Shown in pieces: positions 24,201-39,200 of a DNA stretch of 64,000 nt (the first letter of the stretch is position 1; every line of letters starts with the position of its first letter). The notes under the pieces were generated by a model that saw nothing but the letters and a program-made list of their open reading frames with translations, was not told where the DNA came from and did not search any database. Position numbers and translations under genes: made by a program. This DNA is from Mytilus edulis. Lineage: Eukaryota. The stretch lies in assembly GCF_963676685.1 (NCBI RefSeq), contig NC_092345.1, positions 47,616,001-47,680,000 of the forward strand, read 5' to 3'.

Positions 24201-27200
24201 CATGCAATCTTCTTGACTTGGTTCACATAATTTGAAATGGTGGGTTGAACTTGATTTTATGGCTAGCCAAATCTACCACTTAATATATGGCAAACTTGGC
24301 TGATACTAATTAAACCTCATCATCATGGATTTAAACTTAATCTGTCCTCACATTATATTGTATTCAGTGAAATTTGAAGTTTTACTTTTCTTCCAAAAAT
24401 TGATTGACCATTCAGCCTGTATCAAATTGATTTCGGTTAAAACTTTCATCATATTGCCGTTCTATGAGAGTATTGGTATTCTTATTGCAATTAAGATAAC
24501 ACTTTACATACTTTGTACAGTGGTAGTAGTTCGTTCTGAAGTTGAGCTTGCTGTGTGTTCTGTTGTTGGTTGATTACTGTAATGGATGTAGAAATATATT
24601 TTTAAAGTATTACTGAAATGATGATCTTTATTGATTTTATATAACAAAACTCATATACATATATCTGTTTCTAATTTTTCATCTTTTGACAGCGAATTTG
24701 ATCATAAAAAAATTAAATATAATGCTCTTCCATATTTTATAAATTACTGTTCGGTGTGAACCAAGGTTCCTTGTTGGAAACCGTACTTTGATCTATAAAG
24801 GTAAATATTGATATTAATATTGATTTTGTTATCAGTAAGTTAAAGTCAAACTAATATACAAATGCACATGCACGGCTTTTAAATCCGTCCATATCTGTAT
24901 CTTTACTGGCATTGCAAAAGGTATTTATATTCTCTGACCGTTAATGAATTCAAAGCATAGAATTATAGATTATCGTTGATCATCTCAACGAGATTGATTT
25001 TCCCGCTTTAGCCGGTACGGCGAGAGCGAGAAAGGCAATCGAGTTGAGATGATCAATGATAATCTGTTTATCGCTATTTTACCTATGACAACGTGGTCAA
25101 TTTCATGTTAATTTCATTAGCAACGCCACGTGCCTCCTTAGTTTCTAGCAATAATTTTCCATCTCAAGCGAGTAGCATGATATGAAAATTATCACAAAAA
25201 AAGATCAAAGGCAAATGCACAAAATAGCGATAATAATATATATAATGAAATTCATAATTCATGTGTATAAATCCGAATTAAACACATTTTGACTATCATG
25301 ATAAATACTTACACACATTGATATCTGGAAGTTTGAGTGACTTGTATACACTGCTGTGTCACAGAACAGGTACTACATATCACAGGTTCTACAAGTGAGC
25401 AAGTTACAATTATACATTAATTAGAAAAGACCATGAAATGAGCCATAACATGCAAAACTAGAGATACCACGAGGAAATCTCCAAAATTTTTCCCTTTGTA
25501 ATCTTCTTTTAAAAATGTATTAACCTTGACGACACACATTTAAACAGATTCGAACACCGCAATATTTATAAATGAAATGTTTCATCAAATATCATTTATA
25601 ACCATCAAGAAATGCGTAAGAATATGACTTTAAATATTTAACTATTAGGATGTTAGGCTGGTTGAAATAAGGAATCTGTACTGGGTAGGAACATGCATGA
25701 ATTATAATATTCTTTTGCCTACCAAAAAACACTAAATCATAGTAAAAAAAGTCATTCTACAGCAGGGATATCATGTCATTGATTGATAGAGTCTTGATAC
25801 CGCCTTCGATTTTAAAAATTTACCGTAATAAAACAAATCTAATCTTGTTTATAATTTATAATTACTTTCAAGTGTTGAAAAATATTTATAAATTTCAAAA
25901 TTTAAGTAATGACCATCTTCAATACAGTGGAAGTCGTTAACTTACTTCAAATCGTCACATAAAGTTCAAATTGACAAAGTGTCTTGATGTGAAATTGCAT
26001 TTCAAATTCCTTCATATTTTTATATTTATCTTATTAACCTCTATAACACTTAATAAATTTTGAATAAAGACAAATGTGTATATGAATTTAGCAGTGTTTA
26101 CTGAAAAAGTAAATGGCTCTGTGTGTAGTGCATTTGGTGGAAAGTCTTCGATTTAGATCTGTTCGTTTTTTTTCTAAATGACACCAATTTTGCTGACGTC
26201 TTTGCCAAACATTGCGATAACACAGTATTAAAATGTTAGCATGCAATACACAATAATTACAGTGGAGTCTATATAGGGTCGAACATTTGTTAAAACATTT
26301 ATTCTATAATAATTATATGTAGACCTCATTTATTTATATCTTTATTTTACCAAGTGGAATGACTTTGCCAAAAAATTGTCAATTAACTGTATTAAAAAAA
26401 CACTTCCCATGCTGAAAAAATGTTAGCTAAAGCATTAAGAAATCAAATTTCTATTTTTAAATTCTATCTTACCTAATGTTGTAGTTGTGTTGCCTAATGT
26501 AATACTGCCATTTACAGCAATGCACATATCTATAATATCTGTACAGGATTTATCTTCGGTTTCCATCTTTACCAATAAGTTCAAAACTTTATCATATTGT
26601 AATGTCTTATTAGCAACGGTGTTGAATATCACAACAAGGCTAGTTGTAACTCCCTCAGTGTGATTTCTTTGCAAATAAAAAAGGAGACACATTTTCAAAT
26701 ACAGAAAATGTATTGGTTCAGTTATTCCATTATTAATTTGTAAAGTATGAACAACTCAAATTGGACCAGTGTTTGGGGTTTTAAGAAAATAATTTGAAAT
26801 AATATTTTATTGATTCAATAAATCATCTACTACTGTTTATGGGGCTAAAAAAAGAAACTATTAGAAAACAAGCAGTAAGGCGACTGACAGTACTGTAAAG
26901 TACTCATACATTACACATTCTCACTATCAATATGCTAACCAAATATGAAGGCCGTCTGTTCAGTTAAACTGGAAAGTTGTACGATGGACAAAAAGGTCGA
27001 CTGCAATATACCCCTACTCCTAGAGTGGGAATAGGAGTAAAAGTTATCGTGTTGCTGCCTCATAGTGATTAATAATCCATATTTTTTCCATTAAATGTCA
27101 AAGTCAGACACTCCATGTGTTAAAATTAATCTTCCATTGTTATTGTTATATTTTAAATTATGATAAAAAGGAGTTATCGTTTTGGTTGATCCTAATATTA

Positions 27201-30200
27201 AATAAGGTTGATCCTAATATTAAATAATCAGCAAAAATCTCAACTTTGATGGTCGAAAAATTGCGTTTAAATATTCCAAATAATTCAGGGAAACATGCAA
27301 ATAATTCATCCAGGCTATAAAATGAAACAGCCGTTACATTCTTTCAATAAGTATCAGAAAACGTGGTAACATTGTATGTCTCACAAACATGCAAAAGTAC
27401 TTTCAGTTAAATATTGTAAGTTAAAAATACTATGTTGTAAAGTACAAATATCGTTAATATATTATACAATTACTGTGTTTTGATGAGGTAAATATGTAGT
27501 TTTATTTAGTTTTGATATACACGTAAAACCACGCGACGTATTGCGCGGACGGTGAATACACTTTTCCGCAGGTGAATATGCTTATTTATTCAAAATCCCA
27601 TTCATATAGAAAAACCTACTAAATTTTTATTAATATGGAATAATATTCAGTTATTTAGGGCCATTCAATAAAAAGGGGGGGGAGAATAAAACGTGCATCT
27701 ACATTCTTTTTGCAAGATATTGTCTTATAGTTTATAGATAATTTGAGACTACAACAGCGAGAAATACCAATTGATGTTCATTTTGAAAAAAATTCTATTG
27801 TTTGCCAAGAATAATTGTTTTTAATGATTAACAGGATTAACTGAAATTTTTCCAGCATTTAATGCAAGACTAATAATTTGTTTGCGTATATTAATTACCT
27901 GAAATCTGTCACATTTATGTACTGGATATCTCCGACATCACTCATCTCTGTTTTAAACTGACATTATATGAAAAGAGAATATTAAATACTGCATAAAAAG
28001 AGATAATTTTAAACTTTTGGGCAAATGCAAGATTGTTGTAACAACTAAATAAACTGGGCGTGCTTTCAAATAATGAACAAAGGGTTAACATTGAATGAGA
28101 ATTTTGGTATCAGATGACTTATACGATAATTAAACATGATAATTTTGAATATGTTACATCACTGGGTCGATACCTCTGCTGGTGGACTCTCAGTCCCCGA
28201 GGGTATCGTCAGCTCAGTAGTCAGTACTTCGGTACTGACATGATTTAACAAAATTTTCCGTTTGTAAATTTTGAAATTATTAAGAAACTAAGGTTTCAAC
28301 TCCCTCAGGCAAATTTGACTTTAGATGAATTTGGCTATTTATTTTAGGTATTTTTGTCATAAAGCTCTTCAACGCTTTCGGTACTTATACATCTTCGGAT
28401 TTCAAATGTTTGGTTTTGAGCGTTCCTGGTGAAGGTAAATCCAGAAAAGCACTTCGGACGCATAGAATTATTAAACGTGTTGTTTTCCATTGATTACTTA
28501 TTGACGTTGGAAACGTTAAAACAAAAATTATCAAAAACTTTCAAGAATGGACAATAAATTAAGGCTTTAATCGAAGAGGAAACATTATATAAGTATATAA
28601 GTAAGTTTTAATCATATGCTTAATTGCCAAAGGAAACATCGATTTCATCAATGTTGTGGACTTTTCCTTCAGTGCAACGACAGGTTTCAAATAAAAATAA
28701 TTTTTCTTACGTATTCAGGGTATGGTTGACATCCTGCTGATAAATTAATGATTTCTTACAATAATATACAACTACTTACTGCTTGTTCTATATCTTTTTC
28801 ATATGCAGCATAATCTAAATGAAGTTTATTTCCATAATTTGGATGAAATGTTTTCCGGAGAGTAGCCTCAATGAATAATGACCTACTCTCTAGTTTAGCT
28901 GAAACAGTTATATAGATCATATTTCGTATATTTATATTAACAAAAGTAACCCTTTACACATAATCAACATCTACTGGGACTCCTGATTTTCAATACTAGA
29001 ATGAGAATCTTTTTTCATTTTAAAAATAAAAGCTACTTTGTATACCCAAACAAGTCTCTCTTTACACATATGATGAAAAAAAAAAGAAACAAATTTTTGT
29101 GAGCTGTGATGAATGTTGGGAAGACATGTTTTTTCCTGTTTTCTTACTTTGTTTTGGTTCGTTTTGCTGTTGCCAAAATTCCAAATTTGTGTGATTTATA
29201 TATTTTCTTTTCTCTTCTTTTACAAATTTATGGATCATTCTATAATGCTATACATGTATGTATTAAATTGACATGTTGAAGATATTTTAATTTAGAAATG
29301 TATATTTTAAAAATGTTGATATATCTGCTTCAAATCATTCAATCAATCAATCATATAACTTAAAATTTATTATATTGCAATGAACATTACCGATGAGTCT
29401 TTTGTAGACGAAACGCGCGTCTGGCGTATATACTAAATTAAGTCCTGGTATCTATGATGAGTTTATTTATGTCTAAATCATTTATAGTTTTATCACAGGT
29501 TTTGAATTTTTTGTCTTTATCATGAGGAAGTTTTTACCTTCGAACATTTTTCAGATTAATAACATGTTGTACTAAACCAACAACCTGAGTCATTTCATAA
29601 GATGGCAGTTTGCAGAAGAAAAACAAAAAAAACTCCGTTTCACACCATTCAAACTGGGCGGAAAAAGTAAAATAACAAAGAGGAGAAGTCGAACTGGGAA
29701 AAATTCAATAAGCAAAAACAAAACCCTAAACACATTAAATGATTGAATACCACCTGTCATATTTCTGGCTTGGTACAGGCATTTTCTGGTTTGGAAGCTA
29801 GCTTAACCATTTACTTGTTTGACAGTCGCATAAAATTCCATTAAATTGAAAACGATTTGTGAATAAAACAAACAGACATTACTGGTAAAAAATGGTGGTA
29901 AAGTAGTCAAAAGTGTAGAGTAGTCTTAAATAATTGACAAAGACACATGGAATATTTTATCATGTAACTAAGAGGACAAACAAATCTGGTACCTATAAAC
30001 TATAATTCAAGACTTGGTGTATCATTAATGAAGTAGCGACGGAATATTTATCTAAACATGCTATGAGACGGGATATCAGTACGGGCACATTTTAAGGAGA
30101 TTTGAATAAACATGTACCTCCTCAATTCTAAGTTCAAGGAATAATGCATGAATAATAAATGTATAAAACACACAAACATAACTTACACAATGGTGGTCTG

Positions 30201-33200
30201 CATTCATAGGTACTTTTACGTAGTATAACACATGTGTGATTAACCCGACACAATGTACAGGTTAACGGCTCTAAAAAACACAGAAACAATATACATTCAG
30301 TTGTTATACGTAATCAAGCAACACATAAAAAAAAAACCAAGATTTTGAAACACATATCAATATCCGAACCATTCTTATGTATCAATAATTTCCTTTAAAA
30401 ATGCATCATGTATATTTCACTCTACTTTTTATTGCAACATAGACATACTCATTTCTTTTACAATTGTACACTGTTACCCACAATTTTGCAATGACGGTTT
30501 TTTAATCAATACATAGGAATAAAACAAATATTTTCATTTCTTGGTAAAAACCTTTTATGCTAGGTTTGACTTAAGCTGATCTAAATGAAGGTTGAAATAA
30601 GTTCAATTTAAACTATATTGAACATAAATTAACAAAAGGATAATGCGTAAATAGGACATAAACAAGAATGTGTCCACAGTACACGGATGCCCCACTCGCA
30701 CTATCATTTTCTATGTTTAGTGGACCGTGAAATTGGAATAAATTCTCTAATTTGGCATTAACATTAGAATGATCTTATCAAAGGGAACATGTATACTAAG
30801 TTTCAAGTTGATTGGACTTCAACTTCATCAAAAACCACCTTGACCAAAAACTTTAACCTGAAGCGGGACAGACGGACGAACAGACGGACAAACTAACACA
30901 CACATGCATACACAGTTTAGGGCCCTCTATTATGGAAATCAAAGAATTAAATCTTAGTCAAGAAAACATCTGTAATATTTCAAATTGTTCATCATTAAAA
31001 TGAGTGTTTTTTCAATTTTTAAATACATACGACATTCGGCCATTGGTATTATCTTTTCATCGCTGTAAAGTTAATCTAAGGATATCATTTCTACAACCGA
31101 ATAGTCTCAGTAAATAAATGCCACTGAATATAATTCCATACAAATCAGCGGTGTTAACAAATAGCAATACATACTTCCCAATCATGTTCAGTATATATTC
31201 AGTTAAATTTCAGTTTTATGCATTCCAAAACAGAGCTGTAAATGTTCGTATAGCATTTGTAAGTCATCTACATACCCTGATTTTTTGTTTGGTAGTTGAC
31301 AAAAGTTTCTCCTGTAACACCATATGACTTATCGAGTACAGTTATCTGTGTTATATTATTTGTTACACTGGCAGTCTCCATTATCAAACTGTCACTCAAA
31401 CTTTGGTTAAATACAACTATATACTGAACAACTGTACTACCAAACCTGCAAGTTAAAAAAAACGTTCGAGCAAAATTTACAGATTCGTTAGTTTTATAAT
31501 CTGATAAGAAATTTTAATATTATTTAAACTATCTTAAATACGTGTAATTCATATATACAGTCATTGCTTGACAGCTGCTGCTTGGTGTGACCAAAGACTC
31601 TGTCTCATTGGCACTCATACCACATCCTCTTATTTCTATATGTGTATGTTTAACAATTTGATAACAATATTTTCTACACGTAATTATGTGTTCTAATCAA
31701 TTGCATTGTATATAATATTCAGATAGAGATCACGTTAACATAGATAATTTGGAATGATTTTAAGTTAAAGCTGGTGCTCCTTATAATATTCAGGGTTATA
31801 ATTTAATCGGTTGGGTGTATTATTGCTCATAAATTCATTATTTTTTTTTTTCAAGCAATGTTATTCCTATAACCATGAAATTATGGAGGCAACAAGTTGT
31901 AAGCTCTCATGTTGGATCTTACAAAAGACACTTTCCTGTTTGCACGTGAGGTTTTTAACTTTCAAATCTATGAGCATTTTTAGAGTGGCAAAAATTATGC
32001 ATATAAAAACTAACGTAATGTTCTTTTTAAAAACCTCATGTGTAAATGTTCATACAAGTTGTTTTAATATTTTTAATTTTTTTTCAAGATTATACTTTGA
32101 TTGGATGATTGAATAATAGATCGATTGATGATTAATCAACACCTTGTCAGCACATCAAGGTTCTATCACATTGACAATTCCTTTTAGATTACAAAGTAAA
32201 TGATTACTTACGAAAAGCTGATTACAGTTAAGGATAAAAATCCAGGAATATTGCTGTATCTGAAATACAGCTGAAAAAAGAGAAACATTCTCCATTATAT
32301 CAGAAATTCATCAAACTCGGAGACTAAATATAAAACATTCGTATCTGGTATATCAGTACCAGAGAAAAACATGAACAACACTTGAATTTGTTTCAGAAGT
32401 GTTTTTTGAATTTTCATAGATACAAGAATACATGCTTAAAAGTTTTTTTCTTATGCAGATTTGGAAAGTCGTTACTGTGGTAATGTAATAATATCTTTTG
32501 AATTGATGTATTTTAATTCGCCTTGCTATTTTAGGCAAGTTACATGCTGTTAATAAATCGCAACTGGGGGTTGAATTCAAATACTGTTTGTACATTAGCA
32601 CATTCCTACAAGATTGCTACCCAATAGTGAAATCTGCCTCATGCTACATAAATGAGATATTAAACTGTGTGCCACAATGTGTTATTGAAGTACAAAAGTC
32701 AAAATATAGTTAAAGTCCATAAACTCCGATTAGGAATGGTCAAATCAAAATGACAGAACAATCTGGTCTTCTACACATGATGACACACAACCCTATTAAC
32801 TTTTCGAGCTTTCTTTCAATTTGTCTTAGGTGTTATTGTCACAATACTCCAAAATTTAGTTAAAGTCCAAAAACTTCCATAAAGAAGCTATTGTCACAAT
32901 AATCGAAAATATAAGTCCATAACTCTCTTAAAGGTGTTCGTGTTACAACAGTCCAAAATATAATCAAAGTCCGATAACTCCCATGAAAATGACTGGATCA
33001 AAACGACATGCAGTGTCATAAAGTCAACAACTCATGACATCAAACAGTCCTACAAAGAATGATAACTTTCTGTAAAACAGACTCAGAGAATTTCCGTCCA
33101 CATGGTTGAATTGGTACAATGTCAAAAGAAAATTAACCAAAGTCCTTTTAAACACCTGTAAAAATGGTCAAATAGATTAAATTGAGGATATATCACAAAA

Positions 33201-36200
33201 GATTATGACAAAAATAATCCTGCTTTTTTGTGTATGAGTTTCATAAAATTTTAAAATATAAAATATATATCAAAGTTTTATGTCAAACGGTCGTTCTGAA
33301 CTGATTTGTTTTGAACGGATGTATGTATGAAAAAAGACCACATACCTAGCAGCGCGAAGCGTGAGGAAGAAGGTCCACAAAGAGGTAATGCATTTTTTTA
33401 GTGCTTTCTTTTTTTTTCTTTTTTTTATAATTGATTTCTTTTTTTTATTTGCACATGAACATAATAATAAGTTATACACAATTTTTTTGTATAATTGTTA
33501 TATGAAATAGACAGGATATATATACTATTTTTGATAGACACAGCTGTAAGAGTTTGGTACATTGCAGAATATGATTGCAAGACAAAGGCTGTTTGGATAT
33601 AAAATGTATATACAATATATGTGGTGTCTGTTGCCTTTTTTGTGAACCATACTTGTAAATGTTCGTTGGCAATTGTTCGGTTTCAGCTGTTTAGGGACGG
33701 GATTTGCTTCAATGTGTTGAAGACCATTTGGTGGCGAGGGGTGTTTTATGCTTTTTTGTCGGGTTGTTGTTTCTTTGACCAATTCCTCGTGTCCATTCTA
33801 CATTTCCCGTTTCTAATTTTTAATTTTTAGAAACTTTTTACTGGACATTATCAAGCTACAAATTCCAGAACTTTTATTAAATAACTGAAATCTTTAAGGA
33901 CTTAGTCTGTAGAAGAATCTAACTTACTGCTACTTTAATATCAACTCGTGCATGTTTGAATTCATCTGTGGAGTGATCTGCCATTTCACTTGTGTATGGA
34001 AAATTTGTTGTCAAGTAAATCTCAACTGATATGAAAACAGCTACAAAAATATATAAATTTGATCAATTTTGATTCATTTGTAGTAAAGGCGGTTTTTTCT
34101 ATATAAAAAAAGAAAGCTTAGTACACTGAGTGAGTTTTTTGTCCTGCCAAATAAGATATGAGACAAGTTTTCAGAAACCTATTAAAACAGAATTGTTAAA
34201 GGCTAGCATAGTCATCTTGTGAGGCAACTCCCATGCAAACAATATACATGATGACTTTTCATCGTTTATAATAATAACCAGCTTGTACCAAGAAGGAAGC
34301 CTTGCAAATTTTGCTACATACAAAGTGATTTTCACAAAGTAGGCGTCTTCTTTATAATAGATGGGTTGCAAGCATTTACCTGAGCATGTCTGATTGTCAT
34401 GTATACTGAGTTTATAATTTTCTGGACAATAGCAGACAGGTTCACTGTTCTCTAGTACACAGCCATAGCTACAGTTGATATTGTTATTTGCACATGGGTC
34501 ATAATCTGAAGTATAACAAAACGTATTTACAGTTTTATATTATTAATGTAGACAAACGCCTGCATCTATTAAATTCATCAATGCAGCAAAGACAAATATA
34601 TATATTAAATCGAATTATACGCATATGAAAATTAACAAGTCCATACATGAGTCTCTGACGTGCATTATTTATTATTTGAAAATTTATGAAATAAACTTAT
34701 AGTAGCTAGCTTCTATGCTTATAGTTTTGATTGGACCTGTATCCATCTAAATGAGGTCAAAGTAAGATTAACCATACATACCAGAAGGAAACGATCATTC
34801 CAAACATTCTTTGTACCAAATGTTTATAGAATTTAAGCTGCTGACTTGATATTTCAATCAACTATTTGAGAAACATGCAAAAACATACTACCTAGACACT
34901 TAGCATAATACCATGAACGTGAGATCAAGGTCAGACTAACCTACAAGACCGACATGTACATCTTTTAATTGTTGTATACACTACGTATAGTTGACTCATT
35001 ATCATCAACCGAGAGATGAAAAAAAATATGCAAAAATAGCATTAACTAATTATAAATTAATATTGAACATTGAACCATGAACGCTGAAAATGAGGTTAAG
35101 GCAAGATAAACCTGTCAGGGATACATGTACATATAACAATCATATATTTATCAAATATAATCGTTTACTGCTAAAACTATCTGAAAAAAAACAAAGTATG
35201 AAGCATCCAGGATTATTTCAGAAATTTAAAGGTTAATAGAAATTGTTTTACGGCCACAACTGCTTGATTATCAGTCACGTCATTCATTCTTAGTCTTTTA
35301 TTGCAGTCAAAAATGAATCAATAGACAAAAACAAATCGATTCTTCAACAGTATCTAAAAAATCCACTTTTCATGAAATTTTATATTCCTTTTATTCGCAG
35401 GTATATTCACTTTTTATACCAATAAGTTGGCAGACATCTGACATATTCCAAACAGACATTTTGGAAATAAGACATCTTCGTGGGACTATGAGTTATAGAT
35501 TGTCTAGCTTCTCTATCTTGGAAATTGTAGCTCTTAACAACTTTATAACACTCTGCTGTCGCACAACTGTCAGGTCAAATTCAAGTAATGTTTTGACTTA
35601 GTGTCATTAAAATTGTGAGGATATCTGACTGAATAATATACAAAATACAAAATATGAATAAATTACCTCTGCTACAGCTACTTTGATCAGAGTTCAATAC
35701 AAAACCATCTCTACATGAACAGTTGAAACTCCCAATTGTGTCCACACATATCTGCTCACAGTTATTGATTAACAGTGTACACTCGTCAATGTCTGAAAGT
35801 AAATAAAAATGTAAATTCTTAATATTGAATTTTCGTTTTGACAACCGCATGAGGAGTAAATCAGACCACCAAATTAAAACATTATTAAAACTTACCCTTA
35901 TTGTCCACATTTTACACATAAACAGCCATTTTTTCCTTTAAAAATGCCCTGTACCAAGTCAGGAATATGGTCATTGTTATATTATAGTTCGTTTCTGTGT
36001 GTATTACATTATAACGTTGTGTCGTTTGTTTTCTCTTCTTTTTGAGTGTAAATTCACATTGCGATAAGACGTGTCACGGTACTTGTCTATCCCAAATTCA
36101 TGTATTTGGTTTTGATGTTATATATATATATGTTATATTTGTTATTCTCGTGGGATTTTGTCTATGTGTGTTACATTTTAGTGTTATGTCGTTGTTCTCC

Positions 36201-39200
36201 TCTTATATTTAATGCGTTTCCCTCGGTTTTAGTTTGTTATCCCGATTTTGTTTTTTGTCCATGGATTTATGAGTTTTGAACAGCGGTATACTACTGTTGC
36301 CTTTATTTTTTACTACAAAATGTGTATACAGTTCATCAAAATTTTAAATTATAAACAAATATACATGTAGCTTTTTATTCTTGTTGATCAAAATTATGTT
36401 TTTAGAAAGGATGTCTACTGGATTTACACAGCAATGGCATTTGAACACATGAAACAAATAAAAAAATATTTCAACAGAAATATGAAAAAAATAAAATATT
36501 GGCCTTGTGTCAATGAAACATTAACCAATTTAAATAAAATAGAAGGACATCTACATGTTTTGATATATATATTCGTGTTGCACTTATTGTTTATACAATG
36601 ACAAGGAAAAAGGGAGTAAGACAAAACATTTTAACTTGATAATATAAGATGAAAAGTTTAAAAATATAAAAGTTGAATTAAAAAGTAGATTGATATCATT
36701 GAAAGAGAAACAAAATATATTTGCTTTTTTTTCTTCAATTAAATTTTATATTCAAATGTATGAAAAAGTAACATGTTTATAATTTTCTGACATGGTTAAG
36801 ATTGACATTGTTTCCAAAGTATGCAACTATTTATGTTGGTTCGATACTTTGTAACAATCATATTATACTACAGTAACCGTACAAGTGTATGTCGTAGTTG
36901 GTGGTATATTTCTGGTATTTCAATGTTTTCATTTCGTTATTCATGAACATTTTTTAGTTTATTAGAAGAAAATAACAAGACAATATCATTCCTTCCGTTT
37001 CTTCTTGATAACTGCTTCATATCAAAAGTTGTGAATCAACATTTTATAACTCTTACTTATACATGTTGTGTTCCCTGTCAACTCAAAACCATCCTCACAA
37101 GAACACAGATAACCTCCAGCAGTGTTGATACACCTCTGATTACAAGAATGTGTTTCTAAAACACACTCGTCTTCATCTGAAAAAATATTTTGTAGTATAG
37201 CCATTAAATTTTGTAAACAAAGTGTTCAGACTTCTTATTCATTCTTCATTTTCAGTTTCGATATTATTGCAGTTTAAAAGCTTATTAATTCACAGGTCTT
37301 GCAGAAATGGTCATAAATAATATAAGGCCCTGTAATGTCACCAACCCTACGCATTGACTGATATCCTCATTTATCGCATTTTTATGCACAAGAATTGAAA
37401 GGTTTTCTTAGAATGTAGATATAAACCAAGTCCGAGGACATAATTTGACTATGACTTAAAAAAATACTTTCTCAACTTTATTAAAGCAACATCATGAGAA
37501 GATTTTAGCAAAGACATAAAAAAAAATCAAACATTTTGTTTGAACTAACATAGAATGTATTTCAGTTTTAATAAAACATGTTTTACAATTAAAAGTCGAT
37601 CACCACAGGATAGTGTTTGAATATCAGTCAGGTTGACCGTTGTCAATATAAACTATGAAGCATTACCATGTTAAAAAGTCATGTTTTGCAAAATTACGCA
37701 ATTTTCTGATTTGTCTTTTTCATTTTATGTTTGTTTTATCAATATGTCTAACTAAAACCACACATATTTTTATTATGTGAATTATTAATTTGACACTTGG
37801 TGCATTTCCGCTAAAACGTAAACACCTTTTGATAAATAATTTGGTTGTTTCACAACTGATGACTGCAAATTTATGAACGTATTATTTACACCTGTTTTAG
37901 TTAATTAAATTTTGAATGGAAATGGGACGTGTGTCAAAAGGACAACAACCCGACCATAGAGCAGACACAAGCCGAAGGCCATCAATTGGCCTTCAATGTA
38001 TCGAGAAACTCCCGCACCCGCGAACGTCCTTCAGATGGCCCCTAACCAAATATGTATACTAGGTCAGTGATAATGGACGTCATACTAAACTGCGAATTAA
38101 ACACAAAAAAATAAAACTAAAAATGTCTTGGCTGCGATGTAAAAACAGAAAGACTGTTGACAGTACAGCCCTCATTTACTAAATCACATGATAGTTGGTA
38201 CTATAATATTTATGTTGTTAAACTGAAATAGAAATGAAACAATTTCTAATTATTTCAAAGTACTTTTTTTTACTTAGATGTGAGTCCGTTGACAAACAGG
38301 AAGATATAACATACGAAAGAAAGATTTGGTTCAGCTACATATACCAGTTTAGGTTTTAACATAAGTCAAGCGCGCGTCCAATTCTTTATAAACATAAAGT
38401 GATAATATATATAAAAAAATATATTAAAAATATTTGCTTTTAAAAAGGATATTCATAGAATGTTTTTCATTTACTATGTGTTACTATATATAGATTATGT
38501 ACTCTTAGAATACCCCTTGTGCGTCCTGTCCAGTAATTTTCTTTAAACACGACATTATCAACTACACACAAGGCAAGAAATACAGTATTGACAATAGATT
38601 AAAAAAAATTGAGCTATATTCAGTAAACCTTTTATAGTGGTATATTTTACTGATTCTGTAGATGTTATATGGTTGTCGTTTGTCTCTCCGGCAGGTATAG
38701 ATGATTCAGAGGTATATTCTGTAGTGGTTGTCGCCATGGATCGCAAATCTGATGTATACTTTTCAATATATATAGTACTTGTTTCACTCCCCACTGTCTC
38801 ACTAGTAGCTAATGACTCTGCAGAGTAGTAAATTGACAAACAAAAAGGTAAAACACAATAATACTATATGGTATACATTAGAAGTGAAGTGCAAAAATTC
38901 AAATTTGAATACGGACTGTTTAAAAATGGCTTAATAATCGTAAAAGTTGTATCTACTTATAGTAAACAGTTTTTCTTACCAACACGTACACTTTTATGCT
39001 AAAACAATGTGAACATTTATCATATAATAGCTTATTTGTAAAAAAAAAAATGGTTTAATTATGGCATACATTTATCAGAAACTGTTTAAATATTGGGTCA
39101 ATTCGATAAGAGACTTTTTTAAAACTACCAATTACCACAACTGTATAAAACTAAGCAGGATTATGGGTTGCTATGAAGGTTTAAACTACATTACAGAAAA

